Source of the DNA: Steroidobacteraceae bacterium
Lineage (GTDB): Bacteria; Pseudomonadota; Gammaproteobacteria; Steroidobacterales; Steroidobacteraceae
Length of the DNA: 64,000 bases
Reading direction: 5' to 3'
NCBI GenBank assembly: GCA_049841155.1
Contig: JASGHI010000004.1
Span: 433,477-497,476 of the forward strand
The position numbers and the translations under genes were made by a program. The notes beneath the pieces were generated by a model. It was not told the DNA's origin, searched no databases, and worked only from the letters and a program-made list of their open reading frames with translations. Below, piece by piece: positions 8,682 through 16,317 of this stretch. Position 1 is the stretch's first letter. Each line of letters starts with the position of its first letter.

Positions 8682-10244
8682 ATGACCACGATGTGGAGAG
8701 TGTTGGCGCTGGCCTGCGCCATTGCAGTGTTCCCGCCGCTGGCCGCGGCGCAGGTGGCCACGGTGGCCGAAGGCGCATTGTCCGGAATGCAGGAGCGGGA
8801 TGTCTCCGTCTTCTACGGAGTTCCGTTCGCTGCGCCGCCCGTCGGAGCGTTGCGCTGGGCCGCGCCGCAACCTGCGGTGGCCTGGCAGGGGCCGCGAGCG
8901 GCGAACCGCCTTCCGGCCAGCTGCCCGCAGGTGCTGATGCCCGATGGATTCATGATGTACACCCGGGAGTACCTCACGCCGGCGCCGCCCGGGGTCAGTG
9001 AGGACTGCCTGTTCGCGAACATCTGGACACCGCAGCTGCCCGGCAGCACCCAGGCGCGCGCTGCGTTGCCGGTGCTGGTGTTCATCCACGGTGGCGGCTA
9101 CACCTCGGGTTCCGGCACGGTGCCCATCTACAACGGCGCAAATCTGGCTCGCAAGGAGCTGGTGGTCGTCACGATCAACTACCGGTTGAGTGCGCTGGGC
9201 TTCCTTGCGCATCCGGAGCTCACGGCCGAACAGGGCGGCGCTTCCGGCAACTACGCGATACAGGACCAGATTCAGGCGCTGCGCTGGATCCAGCGCAACA
9301 TCGCCGCCTTCGGCGGCGATCCCTCGAAGGTGACGATCGCAGGCCAGTCCGCCGGCGCCGGTTCGGTATTGGCGCTGCTCGTTTCGCCGCAGGCCAAGGG
9401 GTTGTTCCGAAACGCCCTCGTGCAGAGTGCGCCGGGGATGGGCGACTACCCGCTGCTGACGCAAGCCGAACAGCGCGGCGCGGCATTGTTGCGGAGCTGG
9501 GGTGTGGATTCCATTGCCGCGGCGCGCGCGCTGCCGGCGGAGAAGCTTGCGGTACCAGCCGGTCCCGCGGGCGGCGGTTCGATGATCGCAGACGGCAAGG
9601 TGATTCCCCGTGTACCGTCACCACCGCTGATGGCCAGTGATGTGCCGGTGATGGTGGGATACACCTTCAACGACCTGTTCGCGGTCACGCGCAAGCTCAC
9701 TGCGGCGCAATGGCAGGTCGAGGCGCGGCAGCGCTATGGTGGCCGCGCCGCCGAGTTCCTGCGCTACTATCCGGGCGGCACGGACGCCGAAGCTTCGCGC
9801 TCCGCGACCCGTGAATCGGTGGATCGCAGCCAGATGGCGCCGATACTGCAATGGATGGCCACACGGGGAGCGAACAGCCCCGTGTACGCCTACCTCTTCA
9901 GCCATGTTGAGCCGGGCCCGAAGTCTGCCGAGTACGGTGCATTCCATTCCTCGGACTTGCCCTACATGTTCGACACGCTGAGCATGTCCCCGGAGCGGAA
10001 CTTCACGGAGGTAGACCGCCGCGTCGTCGAGCAGTTCGGTGGAGCCGTGGTCAATTTCGTCAAGACTGGCAAGCCCGAAGGCGGCTCGGTGCCTGCGTGG
10101 CCCGCGCTGACGCAACAGGGCAAGGCGGTGATGGAGTTCGGCGATGAGGCGCGCCTGGTGCGCGTATATCCAGCCGGTGCCGATGCTGTGATGGCAGCCG
10201 GCCGTGCGCCGCAGGGTCCGCCTGCAGGCGCTCATGCCGAATAG
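8682..10244 (+). CDS. Secreted type-B carboxylesterase (para-nitrobenzyl esterase-like)
   Basis: 520 aa with a signal peptide (...PPLAAAQV), the oxyanion motif FIHGGGYTSGSG and the nucleophile elbow GQSAGAGS. Confidence 0.85.
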   Translation: MTTMWRVLALACAIAVFPPLAAAQVATVAEGALSGMQERDVSVFYGVPFAAPPVGALRWAAPQPAVAWQGPRAANRLPASCPQVLMPDGFMMYTREYLTPAPPGVSEDCLFANIWTPQLPGSTQARAALPVLVFIHGGGYTSGSGTVPIYNGANLARKELVVVTINYRLSALGFLAHPELTAEQGGASGNYAIQDQIQALRWIQRNIAAFGGDPSKVTIAGQSAGAGSVLALLVSPQAKGLFRNALVQSAPGMGDYPLLTQAEQRGAALLRSWGVDSIAAARALPAEKLAVPAGPAGGGSMIADGKVIPRVPSPPLMASDVPVMVGYTFNDLFAVTRKLTAAQWQVEARQRYGGRAAEFLRYYPGGTDAEASRSATRESVDRSQMAPILQWMATRGANSPVYAYLFSHVEPGPKSAEYGAFHSSDLPYMFDTLSMSPERNFTEVDRRVVEQFGGAVVNFVKTGKPEGGSVPAWPALTQQGKAVMEFGDEARLVRVYPAGADAVMAAGRAPQGPPAGAHAE

Positions 10245-10373
10245 GCTCTGAACTCCCGAGCGTTGTGTTATCGCAACGCTTCCCAAGTCTTCGGCATATC
10301 TCAATTAGATGCTTTTACTTCATAATGGTGATAATAGTTGGCGTGACGAGCTGAAGTTCAAATCCGGGGGGTT

Positions 10374-10955
10374 ATGTCTGACATTAGAGTGGAAGTTCTA
10401 AGCAGGCGCAGCCTTATGGCGGGCGGCACGTCGGTGATCGCGGGGTTGTTGCTGGATGGAGCGTGGCTGTCGCAGGCGCATGCGGCCGGTGCGCGTTACC
10501 AGTCCGATCCGCGTCATGCCTTCGCCGACCGGATCAGCGATTTGTTGATACCCACCACGGATACGCCTGGTGCGTCCGCCGCGGGTGTTGCGGGTTTCGT
10601 GTTGCTGGCGCTGGACAGCGGCGTGAGCGGCCTGAAGCCGGCGTTGCTGGATGCGGTGCAAGCTGAGCTGGATGCGTCCGCTGGCGGAAAGTTCGTGGGT
10701 CGGCCTCGCAATCGCCAGGCCGGGTTGCTTGCGGAGCTGGACCGCAAGGCGTTTGCGGCGGCAAGTCCGGCGGAAAATTCGGCGGAATTTGCATGGCGGC
10801 GGATCAAGTCAGCGATTGTTGCCGGCTACTACACCAGCGAGATCGGTGGGTCGAAAGAGCTGATCTACGAGCCGGTGCCCGGCAAATTCGAGAACATCGC
10901 GCTGACGGCTGAATACCGTGCTCGTTCCAATGACGGTCAGGGAGGGGCTATCTAA
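10374..10955 (+). CDS. Tat-signal small subunit, gluconate 2-dehydrogenase subunit-3 family
   Basis: 193 aa with a twin-arginine motif (SRRSLMAGG). Its stop overlaps the start of the GMC flavoprotein gene (ATCTAATG), the typical pairing for this family. Confidence 0.7.
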   Translation: MSDIRVEVLSRRSLMAGGTSVIAGLLLDGAWLSQAHAAGARYQSDPRHAFADRISDLLIPTTDTPGASAAGVAGFVLLALDSGVSGLKPALLDAVQAELDASAGGKFVGRPRNRQAGLLAELDRKAFAAASPAENSAEFAWRRIKSAIVAGYYTSEIGGSKELIYEPVPGKFENIALTAEYRARSNDGQGGAI

Positions 10956-12631
10956 TGCCAGACTTCGACGCCATCGTCGCCGGCTCCGGTATCACCGGCG
11001 GGTGGGCGGCCAAGGAACTTACCGAGCGCGGCCTGAAAGTGCTGATGATCGAGCGTGGCCCGAATCTCGAGCATCGTACCGACTACAAGACCGAGTTTAC
11101 GCCTCCGTGGGAGCTGGACTTCCGCGGCTACACCGATCCCAAGTTGCTGGCGGGTTCGAAGCGCGTGCAGAAGTACTCGCGCATGAACGAGTGGGTCAAG
11201 GACATGTTCGTCGATGACGACATCGAGACCTACCAGACGCCCCCCGAGAGCAACTTCCGCTGGATGCGCGGCTACCACCTCGGGGGTCGTTCCGTGATGT
11301 GGGGCCGGCACAGTTATCGCATGAGCGAGGCCCATTTCGCGGCCAATGCCAATGACGGCCATGGCGTGGATTGGCCCGTGCGGTATCGGGACGTCGCGCC
11401 CTGGTACGACCATGTCGAGCAGTTTATTGGAGTCAACGGGACCGTCGATGGCATTGCCAGCTTGCCGGACGGCAAATATCAGCCCTCGATGGGCTTCAAT
11501 GCCGGCGAGCAACGGCTGGCGGATCTCATCAGGGCCAAGTATCCGGACCGTCGCCTGCTGCCGGGCCGCACAGCGAACCTCACCAAAGCGATCGGTGATC
11601 GTTCTCCATGCCAATATCGCAACCAGTGCGGGCGCGGATGCTCGTACGGGGCGTATTTCAGCACGCAAAGCTCCACCTTGCCCGCGGCGCGGGCCACGGG
11701 GCTGCTCACATTGCTGACTGACACGATCGTCGAAACGGTTGATCATGATCCGAAGACCAGGCGTGCCACCGGCGTAAGGTTGCGCAACGTCAATACGGGC
11801 GAGCGTTCCACGGCCACAGCGAAAATCATTTTTCTCTGCGCCGGGTCGGTCAACAGCGTGGCGATACTGTTGCGCTCGGTATCCGAGACGATGCCGGGTG
11901 GTCTGGGCAACTCGGGCGGTGTGTTGGGCAAATACTTCATGGACCATGCTTTCGGCCCCAACGTAACCTCGACCATACCGGGCCTCGGTGATCGCATGTA
12001 CCTCGGGCGCAAGCCCAACGGGCTTACCATGCCGCGTTTCGTCAACATGTCCGGGCAGGAGACGGATTTCCTGCGCGGCTATGCCTTTCAGGGAGGAGGC
12101 CAGCGGCAGGGATGGAGCCGCGGCGGCAATCTTCCCGGCATAGGTAGTGATTTCAAGCACCAGTTGCGGCAACCGGGTGAGTGGATGATATCGCTGGAGC
12201 CCTCCATCGAGTGTCTGCCCCGCAAGGAGAACGCGATCACTGTCGATTTCCGCAAACCGGACAAGCACGGCCTGCCCACAATTCGTATCGATCTGCGCTG
12301 GAGCGACAATGAGCAGAAAGCCGCCGTGCATGCGGTGAACGAGGCAAAGGCGATACTGTCGTTGCTCGGCGGCCAGATAACCAATGCCCGCGCGGAGATT
12401 GCGCCGCCGGGCACGGCGATCCACGAGATGGGCGGGGCATGCATGGGTCGGGATCCGCGTACCTCGGTGACCAATGCCTACAACCAGGTGCATGACGCTC
12501 TGAATGTATTCGTCACCGACGGCGCCTGCATGTCGTCGACAGGGGACCGCAATCCTTCGCTGACCTACATGGCGTTGACGGCCCGTGCCGCAGCCGCGGC
12601 GGTGGATATGTTCAAGCAGGGCACTCTGTGA
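10955..12631 (+). CDS. GMC-family FAD dehydrogenase large subunit (gluconate 2-dehydrogenase flavoprotein-like)
   Basis: 558 aa with N-terminal AIVAGSGITGGWAAKEL FAD motif and the C-terminal GMC block (IHEMGGACMG...FVTDGA). No signal peptide of its own, so probably co-exported with the Tat subunit. Confidence 0.8.
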   Translation: MPDFDAIVAGSGITGGWAAKELTERGLKVLMIERGPNLEHRTDYKTEFTPPWELDFRGYTDPKLLAGSKRVQKYSRMNEWVKDMFVDDDIETYQTPPESNFRWMRGYHLGGRSVMWGRHSYRMSEAHFAANANDGHGVDWPVRYRDVAPWYDHVEQFIGVNGTVDGIASLPDGKYQPSMGFNAGEQRLADLIRAKYPDRRLLPGRTANLTKAIGDRSPCQYRNQCGRGCSYGAYFSTQSSTLPAARATGLLTLLTDTIVETVDHDPKTRRATGVRLRNVNTGERSTATAKIIFLCAGSVNSVAILLRSVSETMPGGLGNSGGVLGKYFMDHAFGPNVTSTIPGLGDRMYLGRKPNGLTMPRFVNMSGQETDFLRGYAFQGGGQRQGWSRGGNLPGIGSDFKHQLRQPGEWMISLEPSIECLPRKENAITVDFRKPDKHGLPTIRIDLRWSDNEQKAAVHAVNEAKAILSLLGGQITNARAEIAPPGTAIHEMGGACMGRDPRTSVTNAYNQVHDALNVFVTDGACMSSTGDRNPSLTYMALTARAAAAAVDMFKQGTL

Positions 12632-12747
12632 GAGGCGCCACTCGGGAAAGTTCAGCCCAATCCGGGGCGGGTGCGGGAGCGGTGCCCCGGGTATTGAGGT
12701 GGGGGCCGAGCGTCCGCAGCACGTGTGCCGCGCAGCCGCGGCAGCAG

Positions 12748-12792
12748 TTGTCGAGCCGCGGCGCACGGGACTATACTGTATCGTATGGGCAG
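12748..12792 (+). promoter_or_regulatory. Putative sigma70-type promoter of module A (TTGTCG-N18-TATACT, then ATGGGCAG)
   Basis: -35-like 12748-12753 and -10-like 12772-12777. The architecture repeats at 15756-15801 upstream of the paralogous gene. Confidence 0.45.
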
Positions 12793-12835
12793 GAAGCGTT
12801 CCGCCTGAATCCGGCAATCGCAAGAGGTATGCGCC

Positions 12836-13252
12836 ATGGTTAGCAAGAAATCGGCAGCGCTGGTGCTGGTCGCCCTGCTGGGGGCGGCGGCTGCACAGGC
12901 GCATCATTCGTTTTCGTCCACTTTCGATGCGCACAAGCCTATCGAGATCACCGGTGTGATCACCAAGGTGGAATGGATCAACCCGCACAGTTATGTCCAC
13001 ATGGACGTGAAGGACAAGAGCGGCAAGACGGTGCCGTGGGCCTTCGAGAGCCTGCCACCGGCGATGTTCAAGCGCGCCGGGCTGAAAAAAGAGATGCTGC
13101 CCATCGGCTCCACCGTGACCATCACGGGCTTCGGCGCGAAGGACGGCACACAGGCGCTGGGCTGGATCAAGAAGTTCAAGTTCGCCGATGGCCGCGAGAT
13201 CCAGGTGACGGCTGATAATCCGAGCGACGCCAATTTCGTCGACGTCCACTAG
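12836..13252 (+). CDS. Exported DUF6152-like protein, copy A (predicted mature N-terminus HHSFS)
   Basis: 138 aa. Signal peptide ends AAQA, followed by HHSFSSTFD. Shares HHSFS..FD..KP..TK.E.INPH..V..DV...VTI.GF..DG...ADG with the copy at 15849-16241. Confidence 0.75.
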   Translation: MVSKKSAALVLVALLGAAAAQAHHSFSSTFDAHKPIEITGVITKVEWINPHSYVHMDVKDKSGKTVPWAFESLPPAMFKRAGLKKEMLPIGSTVTITGFGAKDGTQALGWIKKFKFADGREIQVTADNPSDANFVDVH

Positions 13253-13280
13253 CACGCGCGCCTACCGGGGGGATTACAAC

Positions 13281-14141
13281 ATGATCATCAGACTGCGATT
13301 GGGTGAGGCGCTGGCGGCGGCGGTGTTGGCGGCGCCGCTGCTGGTTCTGGGCGCTGAAGGTGGCGGTAATGCGATGCAGGAGCGCGTTGCGCAGGAAGCA
13401 GCCAAACCGACACCGAAAACGGCATCGGGCGTGCCGGATCTGAGCGGCTACTGGAGCGTCGTGGGCGGGTTCGTCAACCCGAGCGCTATTCCGGGCACGG
13501 CGGTGACCGCCGACGGCACGACCACACGGCCGATCGCCGGCGCAGAGATCGAGGAGCACCAGGGCAACAAGGCGGGTGTCGCGCGTCGTCTGGCCGATAC
13601 CGCGGCCCGGCCGACGTACAAGCCACAGTTCGACGTCAAGGCGAAGGCCAACTGGGATCGTGCCAATTTCCTCGATCCCGGCTATAGCTGTCAGCCGCTG
13701 GGCGTGCCGCGCATCGGCGTACCGAACGAGATCGTGCAGACTCCGACGACGCTGTACTTCCTGTATCAGAACCACAACATCTACCGCGTCGTGCATCTCG
13801 ACCGCGGTCACGACCCGGATGCCGAACGCCTGCCCATGGGCGAATCGGTCGGCCGCTGGGAGGGCGATACACTGGTGGTCGACGTGACCTCGCTCCCGGA
13901 GGGGGACGAGACCTGGCTGGATGGCGATGGCTCGTACCACAGCGCGGACATGCACGTGATCGAGCGCTTCACCCGCAAGGGCAACACGCTGAACTACGCG
14001 CTGACGGTCGAGGACCCGATCTTCGCCGCGCCGTTCACGCCCAAGCCCAAGACGCTGCTGCTAGGCAACGAACACGTCGGCGAAGACTACCCATGCACGG
14101 AGAGGGACCTGCCGCACATGGTGACCAAGGAGCGTCACTGA
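13281..14141 (+). CDS. Secreted protein of unknown function, 'WEGDTLV' family, paralogue 1
   Basis: 286 aa with an N-terminal signal. Motifs PDLSGYW, C..LGVPR, YRVV, GRWEGDTLVVDV, WLD..G..H...MHVIERFT and YPCTE are shared with 16318-17160 and 17168-18427. Confidence 0.7.
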   Translation: MIIRLRLGEALAAAVLAAPLLVLGAEGGGNAMQERVAQEAAKPTPKTASGVPDLSGYWSVVGGFVNPSAIPGTAVTADGTTTRPIAGAEIEEHQGNKAGVARRLADTAARPTYKPQFDVKAKANWDRANFLDPGYSCQPLGVPRIGVPNEIVQTPTTLYFLYQNHNIYRVVHLDRGHDPDAERLPMGESVGRWEGDTLVVDVTSLPEGDETWLDGDGSYHSADMHVIERFTRKGNTLNYALTVEDPIFAAPFTPKPKTLLLGNEHVGEDYPCTERDLPHMVTKERH

Positions 14142-14293
14142 GCCAGATGCGCGGTTGAGGGACGCGCGGCAGCGGCGCCTATTGTCCGCATGACCCGTGG
14201 CGCAGCAGGCATGAAGCGTCACGGGTCCATCGCTGCCGGCATCTGCGGACCCGTCCAGGAATTGAATACAAGAGCCGTCTTGGGGGAGCCGTA

Positions 14294-14800
14294 GTGCTGG
14301 AACAACTCTCGAACCTGCCTTTGTCCGTGTGGATCCGTGAGTCCACGGACATCTATGCCTTCACGCTGATCCTGACGCTCCATGCCATCGGGCTGGCAAC
14401 GGTGGTGGGTATCAGCACGGTGGTCGGACTGCGGCTGCTGGGAGTGGGCCCCGGCATTCCGCTGGTGCTCCTGAAGCGCTTCTTCCGCGTGCTGTACGTC
14501 GGCTTCTGGATCAATGCGGTTTCGGGGCTGATGCTGTTCATCGCCGAGCCGGTGAAGATGGTGGAGATGCCGGCCTTCTGGGCCAAGATGTTCTTCATCG
14601 CCTGCGGCCTGGTGGTGGTGCGCCTGCTCACGGTGCGCGTATTCAGTGACGCGCAGATGATGGCCAGCAACATTCCGAACCAGCAGGCGCGCAGGCTCGC
14701 GTGGGCGTTGCTGGGGTGCTGGTACATGGCGCTGATCGTCGGACGGCTCACGGGCTATCCGGAGATGGTCGGTCAGATGCTCAGGGCCATCGGCCTGTAA
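14294..14800 (+). CDS. 4-TM integral membrane protein, unknown function (paralogue of the next gene)
   Basis: 168 aa, GTG start preceded by GGGGGAG. Four hydrophobic helices. The TM1 motif LHAIGLATVVG....LRLLG is shared with the next ORF. Confidence 0.65.
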   Translation: MLEQLSNLPLSVWIRESTDIYAFTLILTLHAIGLATVVGISTVVGLRLLGVGPGIPLVLLKRFFRVLYVGFWINAVSGLMLFIAEPVKMVEMPAFWAKMFFIACGLVVVRLLTVRVFSDAQMMASNIPNQQARRLAWALLGCWYMALIVGRLTGYPEMVGQMLRAIGL

Positions 14801-14815
14801 GCGGGGAGGGAGCGG

Positions 14816-15334
14816 ATGGACTGGTTCAGACACATTCTCGATATCCACGCGATGCAGGCCTATGTGAACGGTCACGCCTGGGTGTGGTCGGTATGCGAGA
14901 TGATCCACTACGTGGGCATGTCGCTGATCGTCGGCCTGATCGGGCTGCTGGATCTGCGCATCCTCGGCTTCTGCAAGAGTCTGCCGATCGGCGCGCTCAA
15001 GCCTTTCGTGCCCATCGCCATTGCCGGCTTCGTCGCCAACCTGATCACGGGCTTCATATTCGTCTCCGGCAATCCGGTGGGCGGGCCGGGCGCCTACCTC
15101 GACAACCTGTCATTCCAGTGCAAGCTGGTGGTGCTGGGGATCGCGTTCATCAACCTGGTCATCTTCCGGCTCACGGGGCTCGAGCACGAGGTTTACGCCA
15201 CACCAGCCAACGGCGATGCACCGGGCAGCGCTAAAGTGATCGCGGTCGTCTCCCTCCTCAGCTGGGCGTTCATCATCTTCTTCGGCCGCATGCTGATGTA
15301 CAACGACACGCTGCTGCTGTTCCTGGGACTTTGA
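14816..15334 (+). CDS. 4-TM integral membrane protein, unknown function (paralogue of the previous gene)
   Basis: 172 aa with RBS GGGAGGGAG. TM1 IHYVGMSLIVG....LRILG, GF..N...G in TM2, F..K in TM3 and GR...Y in TM4 all align with the previous ORF. Confidence 0.65.
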   Translation: MDWFRHILDIHAMQAYVNGHAWVWSVCEMIHYVGMSLIVGLIGLLDLRILGFCKSLPIGALKPFVPIAIAGFVANLITGFIFVSGNPVGGPGAYLDNLSFQCKLVVLGIAFINLVIFRLTGLEHEVYATPANGDAPGSAKVIAVVSLLSWAFIIFFGRMLMYNDTLLLFLGL

Positions 15335-15347
15335 TCCGGCACCGCCT

Positions 15348-15366
15348 GCGCCGCCGGTCGCGGCGC
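15348..15366. terminator. Short GC hairpin between the convergent membrane-protein gene and the HiPIP gene
   Basis: GCGCCGC-cggtc-GCGGCGC (7-bp stem) lies in the 45-nt convergent spacer. Confidence 0.3.
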
Positions 15367-15379
15367 GGGTGGCGTTACG

Positions 15380-15703
15380 CTAGCGGCTGCCGCGCAGCTT
15401 CCAGAGCTTGCACCATCCGGCGGCGTTCACCAGGCGGCCGGGCACAATGGAGCAGCCGCGCTGGCGTCCCGAGCCGAATTCGATGAACGAACAGGTTGTG
15501 CAGCTCTGTCCGCGTTTGTAGGTGGGATGGGTGCCCACGTTCACCGTCTTGGCGTCCGCGACATAATCAATGGTCCTGGCCGCCGGTTCTTTCTCGTCCA
15601 GCGGCGTACGTGCTGCCGCTGCGGCCAGCGCCCAGCGCGGGGCGCTGATCGTCGCGGCCAGCGCGAGTGCGCGCAGCAGTCTGCGTCGTGCGATGAAGCT
15701 CAT
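15380..15703 (-). CDS. High-potential iron-sulfur protein (HiPIP), Tat-exported
   Basis: 107 aa. Twin-arginine signal (ARRRLLRALALAA). Cys pattern C-x2-C-x12-C-x13-C with the last Cys preceded by Trp (GWC), diagnostic of a HiPIP [4Fe-4S] site. Confidence 0.85.
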   Translation of the reverse strand: MSFIARRRLLRALALAATISAPRWALAAAAARTPLDEKEPAARTIDYVADAKTVNVGTHPTYKRGQSCTTCSFIEFGSGRQRGCSIVPGRLVNAAGWCKLWKLRGSR

Positions 15704-15755
15704 GTGCGGGATTGTAGCAATCCGCGCGGCGTGCAGGCCGCGCGTACGTGAATGG

Positions 15756-15801
15756 TTGTGGCCGTGCCGCTCAATACGTTATAGTATGGAAAAATGGGCA
15801 G
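15756..15801 (+). promoter_or_regulatory. Putative sigma70-type promoter of module B (TTGTGG-N18-TATAGT, then ATGGGCAG)
   Basis: -35-like 15756-15761 and -10-like 15780-15785. The ATGGGCAG motif at 15794-15801 matches 12785-12792, and the downstream leader shares GCG.TT.CGCC and AATCG blocks with module A. Confidence 0.45.
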
Positions 15802-15848
15802 CGCGATTTTCGCCGCTGCATCGTGGGGGAATCGTCATCGGAGGGTTT

Positions 15849-16241
15849 ATGAGCACTTTGCGTCGTGTATGGATCGCGGGCGCCGTGCTGCAGCTGGGAG
15901 TCATGGCTGCAGCGCAGGCGCATCATTCGTTTTCGGCGGTGTTCGATGGCACCAAGCCCGTTACCCTCGACGGCACCGTCACCAAGTTCGAGTTCATCAA
16001 TCCGCACGGATGGGTGACATTGGACGTGCCTGGCGCTGCCGGTACACCGGCGGCCACGTGGCGTGTCGAGGTGGCCAACCCGAACGCGCTGATCCGCCTC
16101 GGCTGGCGCAAGGACAGCCTCAAGCCGGGCGACAAGGTCACCATTCAGGGCTTCCGCTCGCACGATGGTTCGAACACCGCCTTCGGCAAGGAGTTCAAGC
16201 TGGCGGACGGCAAGACCGTGCTGAACAGCGTGGCTCCGTAG
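15849..16241 (+). CDS. Exported DUF6152-like protein, copy B (predicted mature N-terminus HHSFS)
   Basis: 130 aa, RBS GGAGGG. Signal peptide ...MAAAQA followed by HHSFSAVFD. The 21-nt stretch caggcgcatcattcgttttcg is identical to copy A. Confidence 0.75.
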   Translation: MSTLRRVWIAGAVLQLGVMAAAQAHHSFSAVFDGTKPVTLDGTVTKFEFINPHGWVTLDVPGAAGTPAATWRVEVANPNALIRLGWRKDSLKPGDKVTIQGFRSHDGSNTAFGKEFKLADGKTVLNSVAP

Positions 16242-16317
16242 ACGCACAACCCACAAGAGGCAGTACCCGATGAGGCAGCAGACTGTCCGCCCGGATGGCG
16301 GCGCAAGGGGAGGGAGC

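Noticed and set aside
10952-13255. 767-aa ORF on the minus strand spanning the GMC dehydrogenase and the first DUF6152-like gene
   Set aside because: It lies antisense to two plus-strand genes with clear family motifs. Its product is Arg/Ala/Gly/His-rich low-complexity with no recognisable domain, a typical shadow ORF in GC-rich DNA.
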